Assembly (NCBI GenBank): GCA_044226625.1
Contig: JBGAGQ010000007.1
Coordinates: 64,001 to 128,000, forward strand
Source of the DNA: Thermoanaerobaculia bacterium
GTDB taxonomy: Bacteria; Acidobacteriota; Thermoanaerobaculia; Multivoradales; UBA5704
Reading direction: 5' to 3'
Length of the DNA: 64,000 nucleotides
In this document: positions 29,315 to 39,595 of the stretch, one piece after another
Numbering within the stretch: the stretch's first letter is position 1
Layout of the letters: each line of letters begins with the position of its first letter
The notes under the pieces: model-generated
Seen by the model: only the letters and a program-made list of their open reading frames with translations
Database searches by the model: none
Told to the model about the DNA's origin: nothing
Position numbers and translations under genes: made by a program

Positions 29315-29641
29315 ATGATTCGAGTTCCTAAACATCGCGAACCCACTCATCCGGGCGACATGTTACTGGAAGAGTTCTTGAAGCCCATGGCCCTTTCTCA
29401 GAGAGATCTGGCGGACGGAATTCACGTCCCTTACCAACGTGTCAACGAGTTGGTGAATAAAAAGCGGGGCATGACGCCGAGTACAGCTCTTCGCCTTTCC
29501 AAATTTCTCGGCACTTCGGCTGATTTCTGGATGAACCTCCAGCTTCGCTGGGATCTCTATCGAGTAAACCTCGATGAAGCCGCGGAGTTGAAGCGAATCC
29601 AAAGGATCACGCCAAACGAGAATCTTCGGCAAGCGAGCTGA
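29315..29641 (+). CDS. higA: HigA family antitoxin
   Basis: PTHPGDMLLEEFLKP, SQRDLA, TALRLSKFLGTSADFWMNLQ; RBS GAGGA. Confidence 0.93.
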   Translation: MIRVPKHREPTHPGDMLLEEFLKPMALSQRDLADGIHVPYQRVNELVNKKRGMTPSTALRLSKFLGTSADFWMNLQLRWDLYRVNLDEAAELKRIQRITPNENLRQAS

Positions 29642-29648
29642 GACTCTC

Positions 29649-30458
29649 TTAGCCCCGGTTCTTCTCGTAGATCAGCTTCAAGCCGACCAACGTGAGCATC
29701 GGGTCGACCTTCTGGATGAAGCGCGAGCCGGAGGCGATCATTTCGGCTTGGCCCCCGGTGGCGACGACGTTTTCGAGGCCCGGCACCTCGGAGAACAGCC
29801 GCTCGAGGATGCCGTCCACCAGCCCGACGTAGCCGTAGTAGATGCCCGCCTGCATCGCGGTCACGGTGTTGCGGCCGACGAGCTGGTCCGGCTTCTTGAC
29901 GTCGACCCGATAGAGGCGCGAGGCGTGGGCGAAGAGCGCCTCGGCCGAGATGGTGATGCCGGGGCAGATGATGCCCCCCACGTACTCGCCTTTGCCGTTC
30001 ACCACGTCGAACGTGGTCGCCGTGCCGAAATCCACCACCACGACCGGAGCGCCGTACAGCTCGCGCGCGGCGACCGCGTTCACGATGCGGTCGGCTCCCA
30101 CCTCGGCCGGGTTGTCGTAGCGGATCGGCATGCCGGTCTTCACGCCCGGCTCGATGAACAGCGGTCGTTTGCCGAAGTAGCGCGCGGCGAGCTGGTCGAG
30201 GGTGAAATGGAGCGGCGGCACCACCGAGGAGACGACCACCGCCTCGGAAGCCGTCGGGTCGATCCCCGCGCGATCGAACAGCGGCAGCAGGAGCGCTCCG
30301 TACTCGTCGGCCGTGCGCTCGGCGTCGGTCGAAAGGCGAAAGCTCTCGATCAGCTCGTCGCCGCGATAGACGCCGAACACGGTGTTCGTGTTGCCCACGT
30401 CGACCAGGACCAGGAGCCCTTCGGTCGAGCGGGCGGCGACGTTCTTGGGGCGGTTCAT
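29649..30458 (-). CDS. coaX: Type III pantothenate kinase
   Basis: DVGNTNT, SSVVP, VGADRIVN, VDFGTATTFD, VVATGG. Confidence 0.96.
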   Translation of the reverse strand: MNRPKNVAARSTEGLLVLVDVGNTNTVFGVYRGDELIESFRLSTDAERTADEYGALLLPLFDRAGIDPTASEAVVVSSVVPPLHFTLDQLAARYFGKRPLFIEPGVKTGMPIRYDNPAEVGADRIVNAVAARELYGAPVVVVDFGTATTFDVVNGKGEYVGGIICPGITISAEALFAHASRLYRVDVKKPDQLVGRNTVTAMQAGIYYGYVGLVDGILERLFSEVPGLENVVATGGQAEMIASGSRFIQKVDPMLTLVGLKLIYEKNRG

Positions 30459-31273
30459 TGGATCACCTCACCCGCCGAGATCGTGATTTCTTCGAGCGGC
30501 AGCGAACCGGCAGGAACGCTGCCCGGGGGGGATACGGTCGCGAGCCGCAATCCGCCGGTTTTGTCGAAACCGAGGAACGTGCCCGCGACGGTCCGCTCCC
30601 CCACGCGGCAGACCATCCGGTCGCCCACGGTGTGGATCGACAGGTCCCGGTAAGCCGCGACGGCGTAAGCCGCGTCGCCCAGATGGGCGAGCTCCGCTTC
30701 GAGCGATCCGATCAGGCTCGTCGCGAGCTCCGGCAGCGTCGCGGTTCCCCCCTCGAGCTCGAGCGAGGTCGCGGCGGCGATCGGCAGGTCCTCTTCTCGA
30801 TGCGAGTGGTTGACCCCGAAGCCAAGCATCACGATGGCTCCTTCGTCCGTGCGGAGCGCCGCCTCGATCAACAGGCCGCCGATCTTCTTGCCGGCGACCA
30901 TGACGTCGTTCGGCCACTTGAGCCGCGCCGACGCCGGATCGCCGAGCAGAGGCGCGAGGCCGCGGCAGATCGCCACCCCCGCGAGCAGCGGCAGGGTCGA
31001 CAGGTGCTCGATATTTCCGACCCAGGTGAGCAGCGTCGCGTAAACCCCCTTGCCCGGAGGGCTCGTCCAGACGCGCTTCTCGCGACCGCGCCCCGCCGTC
31101 TGCTCCCAGGCGAGCAGATAGGCGCGCGGCAGGTTCTGGCGCTCGTCCTCGTACTCGGCGGCGATCCGCCGCGCGAGCAGGTTGGTCGAGTCGGTTTCGG
31201 CCACCACGAGCACGTTCTCGTCGCCTCGCGGATGCCAACGCCGAAGCTCGTCGGCGAACGTCGAGTAGTCCAA
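30455..31273 (-). CDS. birA: Biotin--protein ligase (no N-terminal HTH)
   Basis: DSTN, QTAGRGR, LKWPNDV, KKIGGLLIE, GFGVN. Confidence 0.93.
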   Translation of the reverse strand: MDYSTFADELRRWHPRGDENVLVVAETDSTNLLARRIAAEYEDERQNLPRAYLLAWEQTAGRGREKRVWTSPPGKGVYATLLTWVGNIEHLSTLPLLAGVAICRGLAPLLGDPASARLKWPNDVMVAGKKIGGLLIEAALRTDEGAIVMLGFGVNHSHREEDLPIAAATSLELEGGTATLPELATSLIGSLEAELAHLGDAAYAVAAYRDLSIHTVGDRMVCRVGERTVAGTFLGFDKTGGLRLATVSPPGSVPAGSLPLEEITISAGEVIQ

Positions 31274-31285
31274 AGCCTCTCTACC

Positions 31286-34042
31286 TCAGGCCCCGAGGCT
31301 CGCGCGCAGGCTCGAGCGGCGGTCTTCCATCTGGGCGAGCACCGCGCGGCGCTTTTCGACCACCGGCGGCGGTGCCTTGGCGAGGAAGCTCTCGTCGGCC
31401 AGTTGGGCGTGCGTCCGGGCGATTTCCTGATCGAGCTTCTCGATCTCCTTGGCGAGCTTCATCCGCTCGGCGGCCTCGTCGCCGCGGACCTTCGCGCCGA
31501 GGATCTTGATGCCGATCCCCGCGACGAGGTCCTCGGGTCCCCCTTCGCCGGTCGACCACGCGCGCGAGCTGACCGTCAGTGAATCGAGGCGGCAGAGCGA
31601 GGCGAACAGATCGCGCTGCCCCGCGAGGAACGCCTCGAGCACCGGCGAGGCGGTCCAGAGACCCACCTTCCGCTCGCGGCCCGATTCGGTCAACAGAGCG
31701 CGGACGCGGGTGACCGCTTCGATCAGCGCGGCCATCTGCGCCTCGACGTCCTCGTCGCGCCAGGCGGCGACGGCCTCGGGATACGGGGCGAGGCAGATCG
31801 TGGTTTCGTGGATCGCCTCGCGCCCGGGCAGCCGCTGCCAGACCTCTTCGGTCAGGAACGGCATCACCGGATGGAGCATGCGGAGCGCCTGGTCGAGCAC
31901 GGTCAGCAGGACGTCGCCGATGCGCGGCCGGAGCGCCCGGTCGGCGTCCGAGCCCATCAGCGCCGGTTTCGCGAGCTCGATGTACCAATCGCACAGCTCG
32001 CCCCAGAAGAAGTGGTAGAGCCGGTGGCACGCCTCGTCGAAACGGAAGGTCTCGAACTTGTCGTGGACCTCCGCGGCGGTCGCCGAGAGCCGCGAGAGGA
32101 TCCAGCGCTCGGGCGCCGCGAGCTCCGCGAGCGCAAGGTGGTCGTTCGCATGATCTTTGGGACGAGCGAGCACGCGCGACCCTTCCGGGATGCGCGCGAG
32201 CGCGAAACGCGTGGCGTTCCAGATCTTGTTGCCGAAGGCGCGATAGCCGGCGATCTGGTCCGGGTTCAGCGGGATGTCGCGCCCGGGGCTGTCGAGCGAG
32301 GCGAGGGTGAAGCGCAGGGCGTCCGCGCCGTACTCGTCGACCAGGTCGTTCGGGTCGAGCACGTTCCCCTTGGTCTTCGACATCTTCACGCCTTCGGCGT
32401 CGCGCACCAACCCCGTCAGATGCACCGCCGCGAACGGCGACTCGCCGGTGAAGTGCAGGCCCGTCATGACCATCCGCGCGACCCAGAAGAACAGGATGTC
32501 GTGGCCGGTGATCAACACCGAGGTCGGATAGAAGGTCGCGAGGTCCGGCGTCTGATCCGGCCAACCGAGGGTCGAGAACGGCCAGAGGGCCGACGAGAAC
32601 CAGGTGTCGAGCACGTCGGGGTCCCGGGTCAGCTCGGCGGCGCTCGCGACTCCGGCGAGGCGCACCGCCTCCTCCTCGTCGTGGGCCACGATCGTCCGCC
32701 CGTCCGGCGTGTACCAGGCCGGGATGCGGTGGCCCCACCAGAGCTGCCGCGAGATGCACCACGGGCGGATGTTCGACAGCCAGTGCTCCCAGGTCTTGTC
32801 CCACGTCTCGGGGATCAGAAGGAGCCGGCCGTCCTGCACCACCGCGAGCGCCTTTTCGGCCATGCTCGACACGTCGCAGAACCATTGGGTCGAGACGAGC
32901 GGCTCGATCGCCTCGCCGCTCCTCTGGCTGTGGCCGACGTTGTGGACGTGGTCCTCCACCTTGACCAGGTGGCCTTCGGCGCGCAGGCGCTCGACCACCT
33001 TTTCGCGCGCCTGTTCTCGGGTGAGGCCGGCAAACTCAGGTCCGGCCTCCGCGGTCATGCGGCCGGTCTTGTCGATGACCGAGATGCCCGGCAAGCCGTG
33101 ACGCTTCGCCACCTCGAAATCGTTGGGGTCGTGGAACGGGGTGATCTTGACCAGGCCGGTGCCGAACTCCCGGTCGACCATCGGATCGGGGACGAACGGC
33201 AGCCGCCGGCCGAGCAGCGGCAGGATCGCGGCCTTCCCCTTGAGATGGGCGTAGCGCTCGTCGTCGGGATGGAACGCCACCGCCGTGTCGCCGAGCATCG
33301 TCTCGGGCCGGGTCGTGGCGACCACGATCCGTTCGGAATCCGCCCCGCCTTCCACCCGGTAGGCGACGTGGTAGAGCTTCCCTTGGACGGTCTTGGTTTC
33401 GACCTCGAGGTCCGAGACCGCGGTCTCGAGCACCGGCGACCAGTTGACCATGTACTCGCCGCGCGTGATCAGCCCTTCGCGGTAAAGCCGGACGAACGCC
33501 TCGCGCACCGCGCGGTTGAGCCCCTCGTCGAGGGTGAAGCGCTCCCGCGTCCAGTCGCAAGAGGCGCCGAGCAGGTCGAGCTGCTGGCGGATGTTGCCGT
33601 GGTACTCCTCTTTCCACGCCCAGGTCCGCTCGAGGAACTTCTCGCGCCCGAGCGCCTTGCGCGTGGTCCCTTCCTTCTCAACCTGGCGCTCGACCATCAG
33701 TTGGGTGGCGATGCCCGCGTGGTCGGTTCCGGGGAGCCAGAGGGCGTTTTCGCCGCGCATCCGGTGCCAGCGGACCAGCAGGTCCTGGAGCGTCGACTGG
33801 AGCGCGTGGCCGATGTGCAGCTTTCCCGTCACGTTCGGCGGCGGGATCATGATGCAGAAGCTCGGCCGGCCGGCGACCGGGACGACGGTAAAGATGCCCG
33901 CCTCCGCCCAACGGCGCTGCCAAGCCTGCTCGTAGGTTTTAGGGTCGAAGCGCTTGTCCATCTCGGAACGAAGCGCCTCCCCTTCGGAATCGGGAGAGGG
34001 GGACGTCGGTTCGGTCGCGTTCATGAGGTCCGGTTCGTTCAC
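31286..34042 (-). CDS. valS: Valine--tRNA ligase
   Basis: PPPNVTGKLHIGHA, ATTRPET, WCISRQLWWGH, DVLDTWFSS, KMSK, C-terminal coiled coil. Confidence 0.98.
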   Translation of the reverse strand: MNEPDLMNATEPTSPSPDSEGEALRSEMDKRFDPKTYEQAWQRRWAEAGIFTVVPVAGRPSFCIMIPPPNVTGKLHIGHALQSTLQDLLVRWHRMRGENALWLPGTDHAGIATQLMVERQVEKEGTTRKALGREKFLERTWAWKEEYHGNIRQQLDLLGASCDWTRERFTLDEGLNRAVREAFVRLYREGLITRGEYMVNWSPVLETAVSDLEVETKTVQGKLYHVAYRVEGGADSERIVVATTRPETMLGDTAVAFHPDDERYAHLKGKAAILPLLGRRLPFVPDPMVDREFGTGLVKITPFHDPNDFEVAKRHGLPGISVIDKTGRMTAEAGPEFAGLTREQAREKVVERLRAEGHLVKVEDHVHNVGHSQRSGEAIEPLVSTQWFCDVSSMAEKALAVVQDGRLLLIPETWDKTWEHWLSNIRPWCISRQLWWGHRIPAWYTPDGRTIVAHDEEEAVRLAGVASAAELTRDPDVLDTWFSSALWPFSTLGWPDQTPDLATFYPTSVLITGHDILFFWVARMVMTGLHFTGESPFAAVHLTGLVRDAEGVKMSKTKGNVLDPNDLVDEYGADALRFTLASLDSPGRDIPLNPDQIAGYRAFGNKIWNATRFALARIPEGSRVLARPKDHANDHLALAELAAPERWILSRLSATAAEVHDKFETFRFDEACHRLYHFFWGELCDWYIELAKPALMGSDADRALRPRIGDVLLTVLDQALRMLHPVMPFLTEEVWQRLPGREAIHETTICLAPYPEAVAAWRDEDVEAQMAALIEAVTRVRALLTESGRERKVGLWTASPVLEAFLAGQRDLFASLCRLDSLTVSSRAWSTGEGGPEDLVAGIGIKILGAKVRGDEAAERMKLAKEIEKLDQEIARTHAQLADESFLAKAPPPVVEKRRAVLAQMEDRRSSLRASLGA

Positions 34043-34130
34043 CGGCGATCGTCGGAGCGCCGGAAGAGACGGCTCGGCGGGAGCGGGAACGACCCGCCCC
34101 CACGCCGCTGGTTCGAGGAAGGAGAGGGGC

Positions 34131-35177
34131 TCAGGCGTCGACCGCGGCTTCGAGCTCGCGGATCCGGTCCCGGATCACGACCTCGGCGAGGTCCGGGATG
34201 ACCTCCCACGCGATGTCGCGGACCGGCCGGTCGCCGATCAGCTCGATGACCCGGCGGGCGATGCGGTCGACGTCGACGTCCGTGAGCTCGTAACCGGACG
34301 GAATGGGGGCCGGGGCGGCCGCGGGGCTGGGGGCCGGCGCGGCTGCGGCGACCGGCGCGCTCCAGACCGGCTCCACCGGAACGACCGGAGGGACCGGCGC
34401 GGGCTCGAACGCCGGCGTCGCCGCGATCGGCTCGGCCGAGATGTCGAAAAACGTCTCGGGCTCGCCGCGGACCCCGAGATCCGATTCGTCGAGGGGCGGC
34501 AGCGCGTTGGCCTCTTCGACATCGAACGTCGACCAGACCGGCTCGGCCGGCGGCAGGTAGCTCGGCTCCGCATCGGGCGCCGGCTCGTCGGCGAAACCGA
34601 AGATCGGCTCGGGCGCTACTGCCGGGGCGGGCGGGGCGACCGGGGTAGAAAATGCCGGAAACGGATCCGCCTCGCGGGTTGCCGGCGCGGCAAATCCCGG
34701 AGAGAACGAGCCGAACGGCTCGGCCGCGGGAGCCGCCAGCGGGGCCGCCGCCGAGAGACCCGGGAACGGATCGTCGGCGAACGACGGGGGGGCTGGAGGC
34801 AGCGCCGCCGCGGGACCCGAGGAGATCAGGTCGTCGACGATCTGCAGGAGCTCCTGCGAGTCGAACGGCTTCTTGAGATACCGATCGGCGCCCGAGGCGC
34901 GAGACTCGCCCTCGTCGAACGGCTCGAAAGTTCCGACCAGGAGGAGGACCGGGCGATCGTTGCGCAGCGCCTTCGCCCGGCGGGCGACCTCGTAGCCGTT
35001 CGCGCCCGGCATGTGGACGTCGGCGATCACCACGTCCGGTTCGAACGATGAAAGGAGCGAGACCGCCTCGTCGCCGTTGCCGACGGCGCGAACTTCATAG
35101 TCTCCGTCCATGAAAGTCAGCTCGATGACCTTCTGGATCGTCACGCTGTCGTCGGCCAGCAGGATGCGTCGGCTCAT
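34131..35177 (-). CDS. RomR-like response regulator (receiver, Pro/Ala/acidic linker, conserved C-terminal helix)
   Basis: ILLADDSVTIQKVI receiver, ADVHMP, KPF; long PAEP-rich linker; C-terminal IAWEVIPDLAEVVIRDRIREL. Confidence 0.8.
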   Translation of the reverse strand: MSRRILLADDSVTIQKVIELTFMDGDYEVRAVGNGDEAVSLLSSFEPDVVIADVHMPGANGYEVARRAKALRNDRPVLLLVGTFEPFDEGESRASGADRYLKKPFDSQELLQIVDDLISSGPAAALPPAPPSFADDPFPGLSAAAPLAAPAAEPFGSFSPGFAAPATREADPFPAFSTPVAPPAPAVAPEPIFGFADEPAPDAEPSYLPPAEPVWSTFDVEEANALPPLDESDLGVRGEPETFFDISAEPIAATPAFEPAPVPPVVPVEPVWSAPVAAAAPAPSPAAAPAPIPSGYELTDVDVDRIARRVIELIGDRPVRDIAWEVIPDLAEVVIRDRIRELEAAVDA

Positions 35178-35231
35178 TCTGATCTCCAGGCTCCTGATCT
35201 CCAGGCGGGGTCCGGACTCGTTCCGCGGCCG

Positions 35232-35645
35232 TTAGGCCGCCGCCTCCAGCTTCTGTTTCAAATAATCGACGATGTCTCGGGTCGCAGTGCCCGGGAGGAA
35301 GATCGCGTCCACCCCCGCCTCCTTCAAGGTCGGGATGTCGGTCGCCGGAATGATCCCCCCGGCGAAGACCAGGACGTCTTCCGCGCCCTGATCGCGCAGC
35401 AGGCGCGTCACCTCGGGCAACAAACTGTTGTGCGCGCCGGACAGGATCGAGAGGCCGACCGCGTCGACGTCCTCCTGCACCGCGGCCGCGGCGATCTGCT
35501 CGGGCGTCTGGCGCAGCCCGGTGTAAATGACCTCGTATCCGGCGTCGCGCAACGCGCGCGCCACCACCTTCGCCCCCCGATCATGGCCGTCCAACCCCGG
35601 CTTCGCGATCAAGACCCGCACCCGTCGATTCGTCATAAGCATCAA
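35232..35645 (-). CDS. Cobalamin-binding domain protein (methylmalonyl-CoA mutase small subunit type)
   Basis: [34 protein letters not shown]. Confidence 0.95.
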   Translation of the reverse strand: MMLMTNRRVRVLIAKPGLDGHDRGAKVVARALRDAGYEVIYTGLRQTPEQIAAAAVQEDVDAVGLSILSGAHNSLLPEVTRLLRDQGAEDVLVFAGGIIPATDIPTLKEAGVDAIFLPGTATRDIVDYLKQKLEAAA

Positions 35646-35865
35646 GTTTATCAGACGCCTACCGGGTTTGCCCCCGATCCGCCCTCAACCGTGCGAAGCG
35701 GGAGGGCGTCCCGGGCGGGCCGGAAAGCCCATCGATCTGTTAGAATAAGTCACCGGTCGTTCGACCGAGAGCTCCTTCATGGGACCCGGATCGGGTTCCG
35801 GCTCAGGCCCTTCTACGGGCCGCGTTTCAGGTCCTCCAGCGGACCAGAAATCAGGACTTTTTCGA

Positions 35866-37878
35866 ATGCGCTACGTTCTTTTCGATGCCGTAGGTGTACG
35901 TCGTCTCCTTGCCGCCCTCGCCGTCTTCTCCGTTTTCGCCCCGGTGCTCCGCGCCCAGCAGCCGCTCCTGCCGGCCAACAAGACCGGATTCCCGGTGACG
36001 ATCGCCGGCCAGGCTTCCGGCCAGGGCAACGCCGTGTTCAGCCAGCCGGTGGCGGCCGACCTCGGCCTCTCCCCCGGCTTCAAATCGATCGTCTTCGGTC
36101 TGCGGAACGGCAAGCTCTACGTCATCTATCGCAATCCGGCCAACGGCGTCTGGGGCGTCGCCCCCGGCTTTCCGATTCAGCTGCCGAGTCACATTGCGTC
36201 GAGCCCCACGGTGGCTGACGTGACGGGCGACGGCGTCGCCGAGATCGCGGTGGGCTACGGTTCGACGCTCCAGGGCGCGCCGCCCAACAGCGCCCCGGGC
36301 GGCTTTCGCGTCTATCGCAACAACGGCACCCTCCTTTGGCAGAAAGTGACCGAGGACCGCGTCGAAGGGGTGGACGGCCAGCCGGATCCGGTCGTCGGCT
36401 CGGCGGCGATCGGCGACGTCGACGGCGACGGCGATCCGGACGTCGTGTTCGCGGGATTCGACTACAACCTCTACCTCGTCGACGGCCCGACCGGCGCGAA
36501 CCTCCCCGGCTGGCCCAAGTTCCTGCGCGACACGGTGTTCACGACGCCGGTCCTCCATGACATGGACGGCGACGGCAAGAAGGACGTGATCCTCGGCGTC
36601 GACGCGCACGTCGAATCGTCGTTCGGTACGCCCGACGGCGGCTGTCTGCGCGTCTTCCGCTTCGACGCGAGCGGCACCGGCGCCGGCAGCCCGGGCGTTC
36701 CGGCCTCGCCGATCATCGACATCGCAGGCTTTCCGAAGTGCATCGACCAGGTGATCATCAGCTCGCCCGCGGTGGGTGACATCGACGGCGACGGCCGGCC
36801 GGAGATCGTCCACGGCACCGGGACCTTCTGGCCGAACCGGGCGCAGAGGATCTACGGCTGGCACTGCGACGGCTCGCCGGTCTGGGGCACGTCGCAGACC
36901 CCGGGCCTCGCGGTCACCGGACAGGTGATCACCAACCCAGCGCTCGCCGACATCACCGGTGACGGCATCCTCGACGTGCTGTTCACGACCGACAACACCC
37001 CGCCGGCGTCGACCTTCCTGCTCCACGCCGTGCGGGCGAACGGCTCCGACATCTTCCCGCCGGTCGCGCCGAAGAGCTTCTTCGGCAACACCCCGAACGC
37101 GGGCGACCCGATCGTCGCCGACGTGCTCGGAGACACCGGGCTCGAGATCCTGGTACCGGTCAATACGGAAATCGCCGCCTTCACCACCGCGGGCGTGCAG
37201 CTCACCGAGACGACGCCCCATCCGAACCCGATCGTCAAGCCGAGCTTCTATACCGCCAACACCGTCTCGGGCGTCGTCGTCACGGACCTGGAGACGAACG
37301 GAGCGGGATCTCAGTCCGAGGTGATCGTGATTTCCGCGATCCCGTTCCCCGACCAGACCACGACCCAGGTCAACGTCTGGAACCCGATCAATCGCGTCGG
37401 CGCGATGCCCTGGCCGATGTTCCACCAGAACCCGCTCCGCACCGGAGTCGTCCCCGGGACGGCCGCCTGTTCGACCCACGGACCTTGCACCATCTCGGCC
37501 GCCGCGCGGAACTTCTTCACCCTCTCCCCCTGCCGCCTCTTCGACACCCGCAACGCCAACGGCGCCTTCGGCGGCCCGGCGTTCGCTTCCGGCGCGTTGC
37601 GCGATTTCTCGGTGTTCAACGTCTGCGGCATCCCGAACACGGCGCGCGCTCTCTCGGCCAACGTCACCGTCGTCGCCCCGACGAGCAGCGGCTTCGTCCG
37701 CTTCTCGCCCGGCTGCGAAGCCCCGGTCGCCTCGGTCGTCAACTTCTCGACCAACCAGGTCCGGGGCAACAACGCGATCCTCTCGATCAGCGACACCGGA
37801 GTGCTGACCGGAAACGCCTTCGTCGGGGGTAACGGCACGGTCCACGTGATCGTGGACGTGAACGGGTATTACCAGTAG
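35866..37878 (+). CDS. Secreted FG-GAP/VCBS repeat protein with a C-terminal beta domain
   Basis: Signal peptide, repeated D-x-D/T-G-D-G motifs, GWP/GFP turns, WPMFHQNPLRTG, C-terminal TLSPCRLFDTR...CGIP...HVIVDVNGYYQ. Confidence 0.88.
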   Translation: MRYVLFDAVGVRRLLAALAVFSVFAPVLRAQQPLLPANKTGFPVTIAGQASGQGNAVFSQPVAADLGLSPGFKSIVFGLRNGKLYVIYRNPANGVWGVAPGFPIQLPSHIASSPTVADVTGDGVAEIAVGYGSTLQGAPPNSAPGGFRVYRNNGTLLWQKVTEDRVEGVDGQPDPVVGSAAIGDVDGDGDPDVVFAGFDYNLYLVDGPTGANLPGWPKFLRDTVFTTPVLHDMDGDGKKDVILGVDAHVESSFGTPDGGCLRVFRFDASGTGAGSPGVPASPIIDIAGFPKCIDQVIISSPAVGDIDGDGRPEIVHGTGTFWPNRAQRIYGWHCDGSPVWGTSQTPGLAVTGQVITNPALADITGDGILDVLFTTDNTPPASTFLLHAVRANGSDIFPPVAPKSFFGNTPNAGDPIVADVLGDTGLEILVPVNTEIAAFTTAGVQLTETTPHPNPIVKPSFYTANTVSGVVVTDLETNGAGSQSEVIVISAIPFPDQTTTQVNVWNPINRVGAMPWPMFHQNPLRTGVVPGTAACSTHGPCTISAAARNFFTLSPCRLFDTRNANGAFGGPAFASGALRDFSVFNVCGIPNTARALSANVTVVAPTSSGFVRFSPGCEAPVASVVNFSTNQVRGNNAILSISDTGVLTGNAFVGGNGTVHVIVDVNGYYQ

Positions 37879-37921
37879 GTCCCTTCGGGGGCGAGCGGTT
37901 CGGCCGCCCCCGTTCCCTTCC

Positions 37922-38605
37922 TCAAGCCCGCCGGGCGAACGCGAGCAGTTGATAGCCGAACAGGGTCGGCAGCAGGCGCGTGAGCCCGGCGAGGATCGCC
38001 TCGGCCGGCGTGAGCAGCCACTCCGGCCAGCCGGGGAGCGCGAGCCGTAGCGGGATCGTCGAGACCGAGCGGCGCTCGACCGTAAACCCGGCCGCCGCGA
38101 GGGTGCGCTCGAGCGTCTTCCGGGTGAAGAAGACCCGATGGGTCCGGTCGAGAATGCCGCGATCCCGATATTCGAAGCGGCCGAACAGGAGCGCGAGCCG
38201 GACCGTCAGGTTCGCTACGTTCGGCACCGAGACGAGCAACGGAGAGCCGACGGGCAACGCCGAGGCGAGCTGGCGGAGCGCCCGCTCCGGATCGGATAGG
38301 TGCTCGAGGACGTCCGCGGCGAGCGCCGCGGTGAAACCGCGCGGCATCCGCTCCAGCGTTTCGAGGTCGACGATCGCCCCGCCCGCGAAGCGTCCGGCGA
38401 GCGGCGCCAGCCCTTCGAGCGTTCCTTCGAGCCCGAACCACGCGAGATCGCCGCGATCGGAAAGGACCTTCACTTGCCCCGTCCCGGGACCTAGCTCCAG
38501 AAGGCGCACCCCGGCCGGCAGCTCGCGCACCCACGCCGCGAGCCGGCGATGGCTGGAGCCGCGGAAATCTTTGAGGACGTAGTTGCCGGGGGCCGGCGCG
38601 ATCAT
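37922..38605 (-). CDS. Class I SAM-dependent methyltransferase (glycan-cluster type)
   Basis: LELGPGTG, ADVLEHL, VSVPN, GILDRTHRVFFT; ATGA overlap with the GT2 gene. Confidence 0.88.
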   Translation of the reverse strand: MIAPAPGNYVLKDFRGSSHRRLAAWVRELPAGVRLLELGPGTGQVKVLSDRGDLAWFGLEGTLEGLAPLAGRFAGGAIVDLETLERMPRGFTAALAADVLEHLSDPERALRQLASALPVGSPLLVSVPNVANLTVRLALLFGRFEYRDRGILDRTHRVFFTRKTLERTLAAAGFTVERRSVSTIPLRLALPGWPEWLLTPAEAILAGLTRLLPTLFGYQLLAFARRA

Positions 38606-39459
38606 CCGACCTTCCCTGGGCCGGCCGAAGCGCCGCCCGCGTCGTCCGTCCCGGCCGAGGCAGTCGCCGGCGATGCGACCGGCGCCAGGCGCTGCCTCTC
38701 GGAGGCGGCGAGCAGCGGGTAGCGCAGGACCCTCTTCTTGTGCATCTTGTAGCGCGCGAGCACGGCGAGGATCGAAAAGCCGTATTGGACGCTCTTCCAA
38801 AAGCCGATCTGCGACGCCTCGTCGAAATAGCGCGTGGCGATCGGGATCTCGCGGATGCGCAGTCCCCTCCAAACCCCCTGGGCGATGATCTCGGTGTCGA
38901 ACACGAAATTGTCCGAGTTCGCCTCGAGTGCGACCGCCTCGAGATACCGCCGCCCGTAGGCGCGAAGTCCCGAGTGGTATTCGGAGAGGAAAACGTAGAA
39001 CGTCGCGTTCGCGAGCGCGGTGAGCCCGAGGTTCGCGAGGTACTTCCACTTCGGCATGCCCCCTTCGAGCGGCCGGCCGCCGAGCATCCGGCTGCCGAAG
39101 ACCGCGTCGCACGTCCCGGCGAGGAGCGGCCCGACCAGCTCGGGGATCGCCTTCGGGTCGTACTGGTGGTCGGGATGGACCATCACCACGATGTCCGCCC
39201 CGCGGGCGAGCGCCTCGCGGTAGCAGGTCTTCTGGTTGCCGCCGTACCCCCGATTCTTCGGATGGACCACCGTGTAGATGCCGAGCGACCGCGAAAGCTC
39301 GACCGTCCGGTCGCGGCTCCCATCGTCGACCAGGACGACGTCGTCCACCCAATCCCCAGGCAGATCGGAAAACGTCCGCTCGAGCGTCGTCTCGGCGTTG
39401 TACGCGGGCATGACGACGCAGATCTTCTGCGCCCGGCGAGGTCCGGCGGGGCTTTCCAC
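38602..39459 (-). CDS. Glycosyltransferase family 2 (DPM1-like)
   Basis: VVMPAYNA, VDDGSRD, NRGYGGNQKT, HPDHQY, FGSR. Confidence 0.93.
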   Translation of the reverse strand: MESPAGPRRAQKICVVMPAYNAETTLERTFSDLPGDWVDDVVLVDDGSRDRTVELSRSLGIYTVVHPKNRGYGGNQKTCYREALARGADIVVMVHPDHQYDPKAIPELVGPLLAGTCDAVFGSRMLGGRPLEGGMPKWKYLANLGLTALANATFYVFLSEYHSGLRAYGRRYLEAVALEANSDNFVFDTEIIAQGVWRGLRIREIPIATRYFDEASQIGFWKSVQYGFSILAVLARYKMHKKRVLRYPLLAASERQRLAPVASPATASAGTDDAGGASAGPGKVG

Positions 39460-39595
39460 GGCTGCGGAGTTTAGGGGGGACGGCGTCGGGAATCCAGCGC
39501 GAAGGGCGGCGCGGAGCCGCGGATATCGTCTACCGCCAGCGAGCTTGGGGCGAACGGGGGCGGAGGAGGCCCTCCGCCCCGCCGGTTTGCGGACC

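Noticed and set aside
35646-35865. Cobalamin riboswitch upstream of the B12-binding gene
   Set aside because: No recognisable B12-box or conserved core; the region looks like a divergent promoter.
39557-39580. Hairpin ggggcggagg-aggc-cctccgcccc as a terminator
   Set aside because: No U-tract on either strand; function unsupported.
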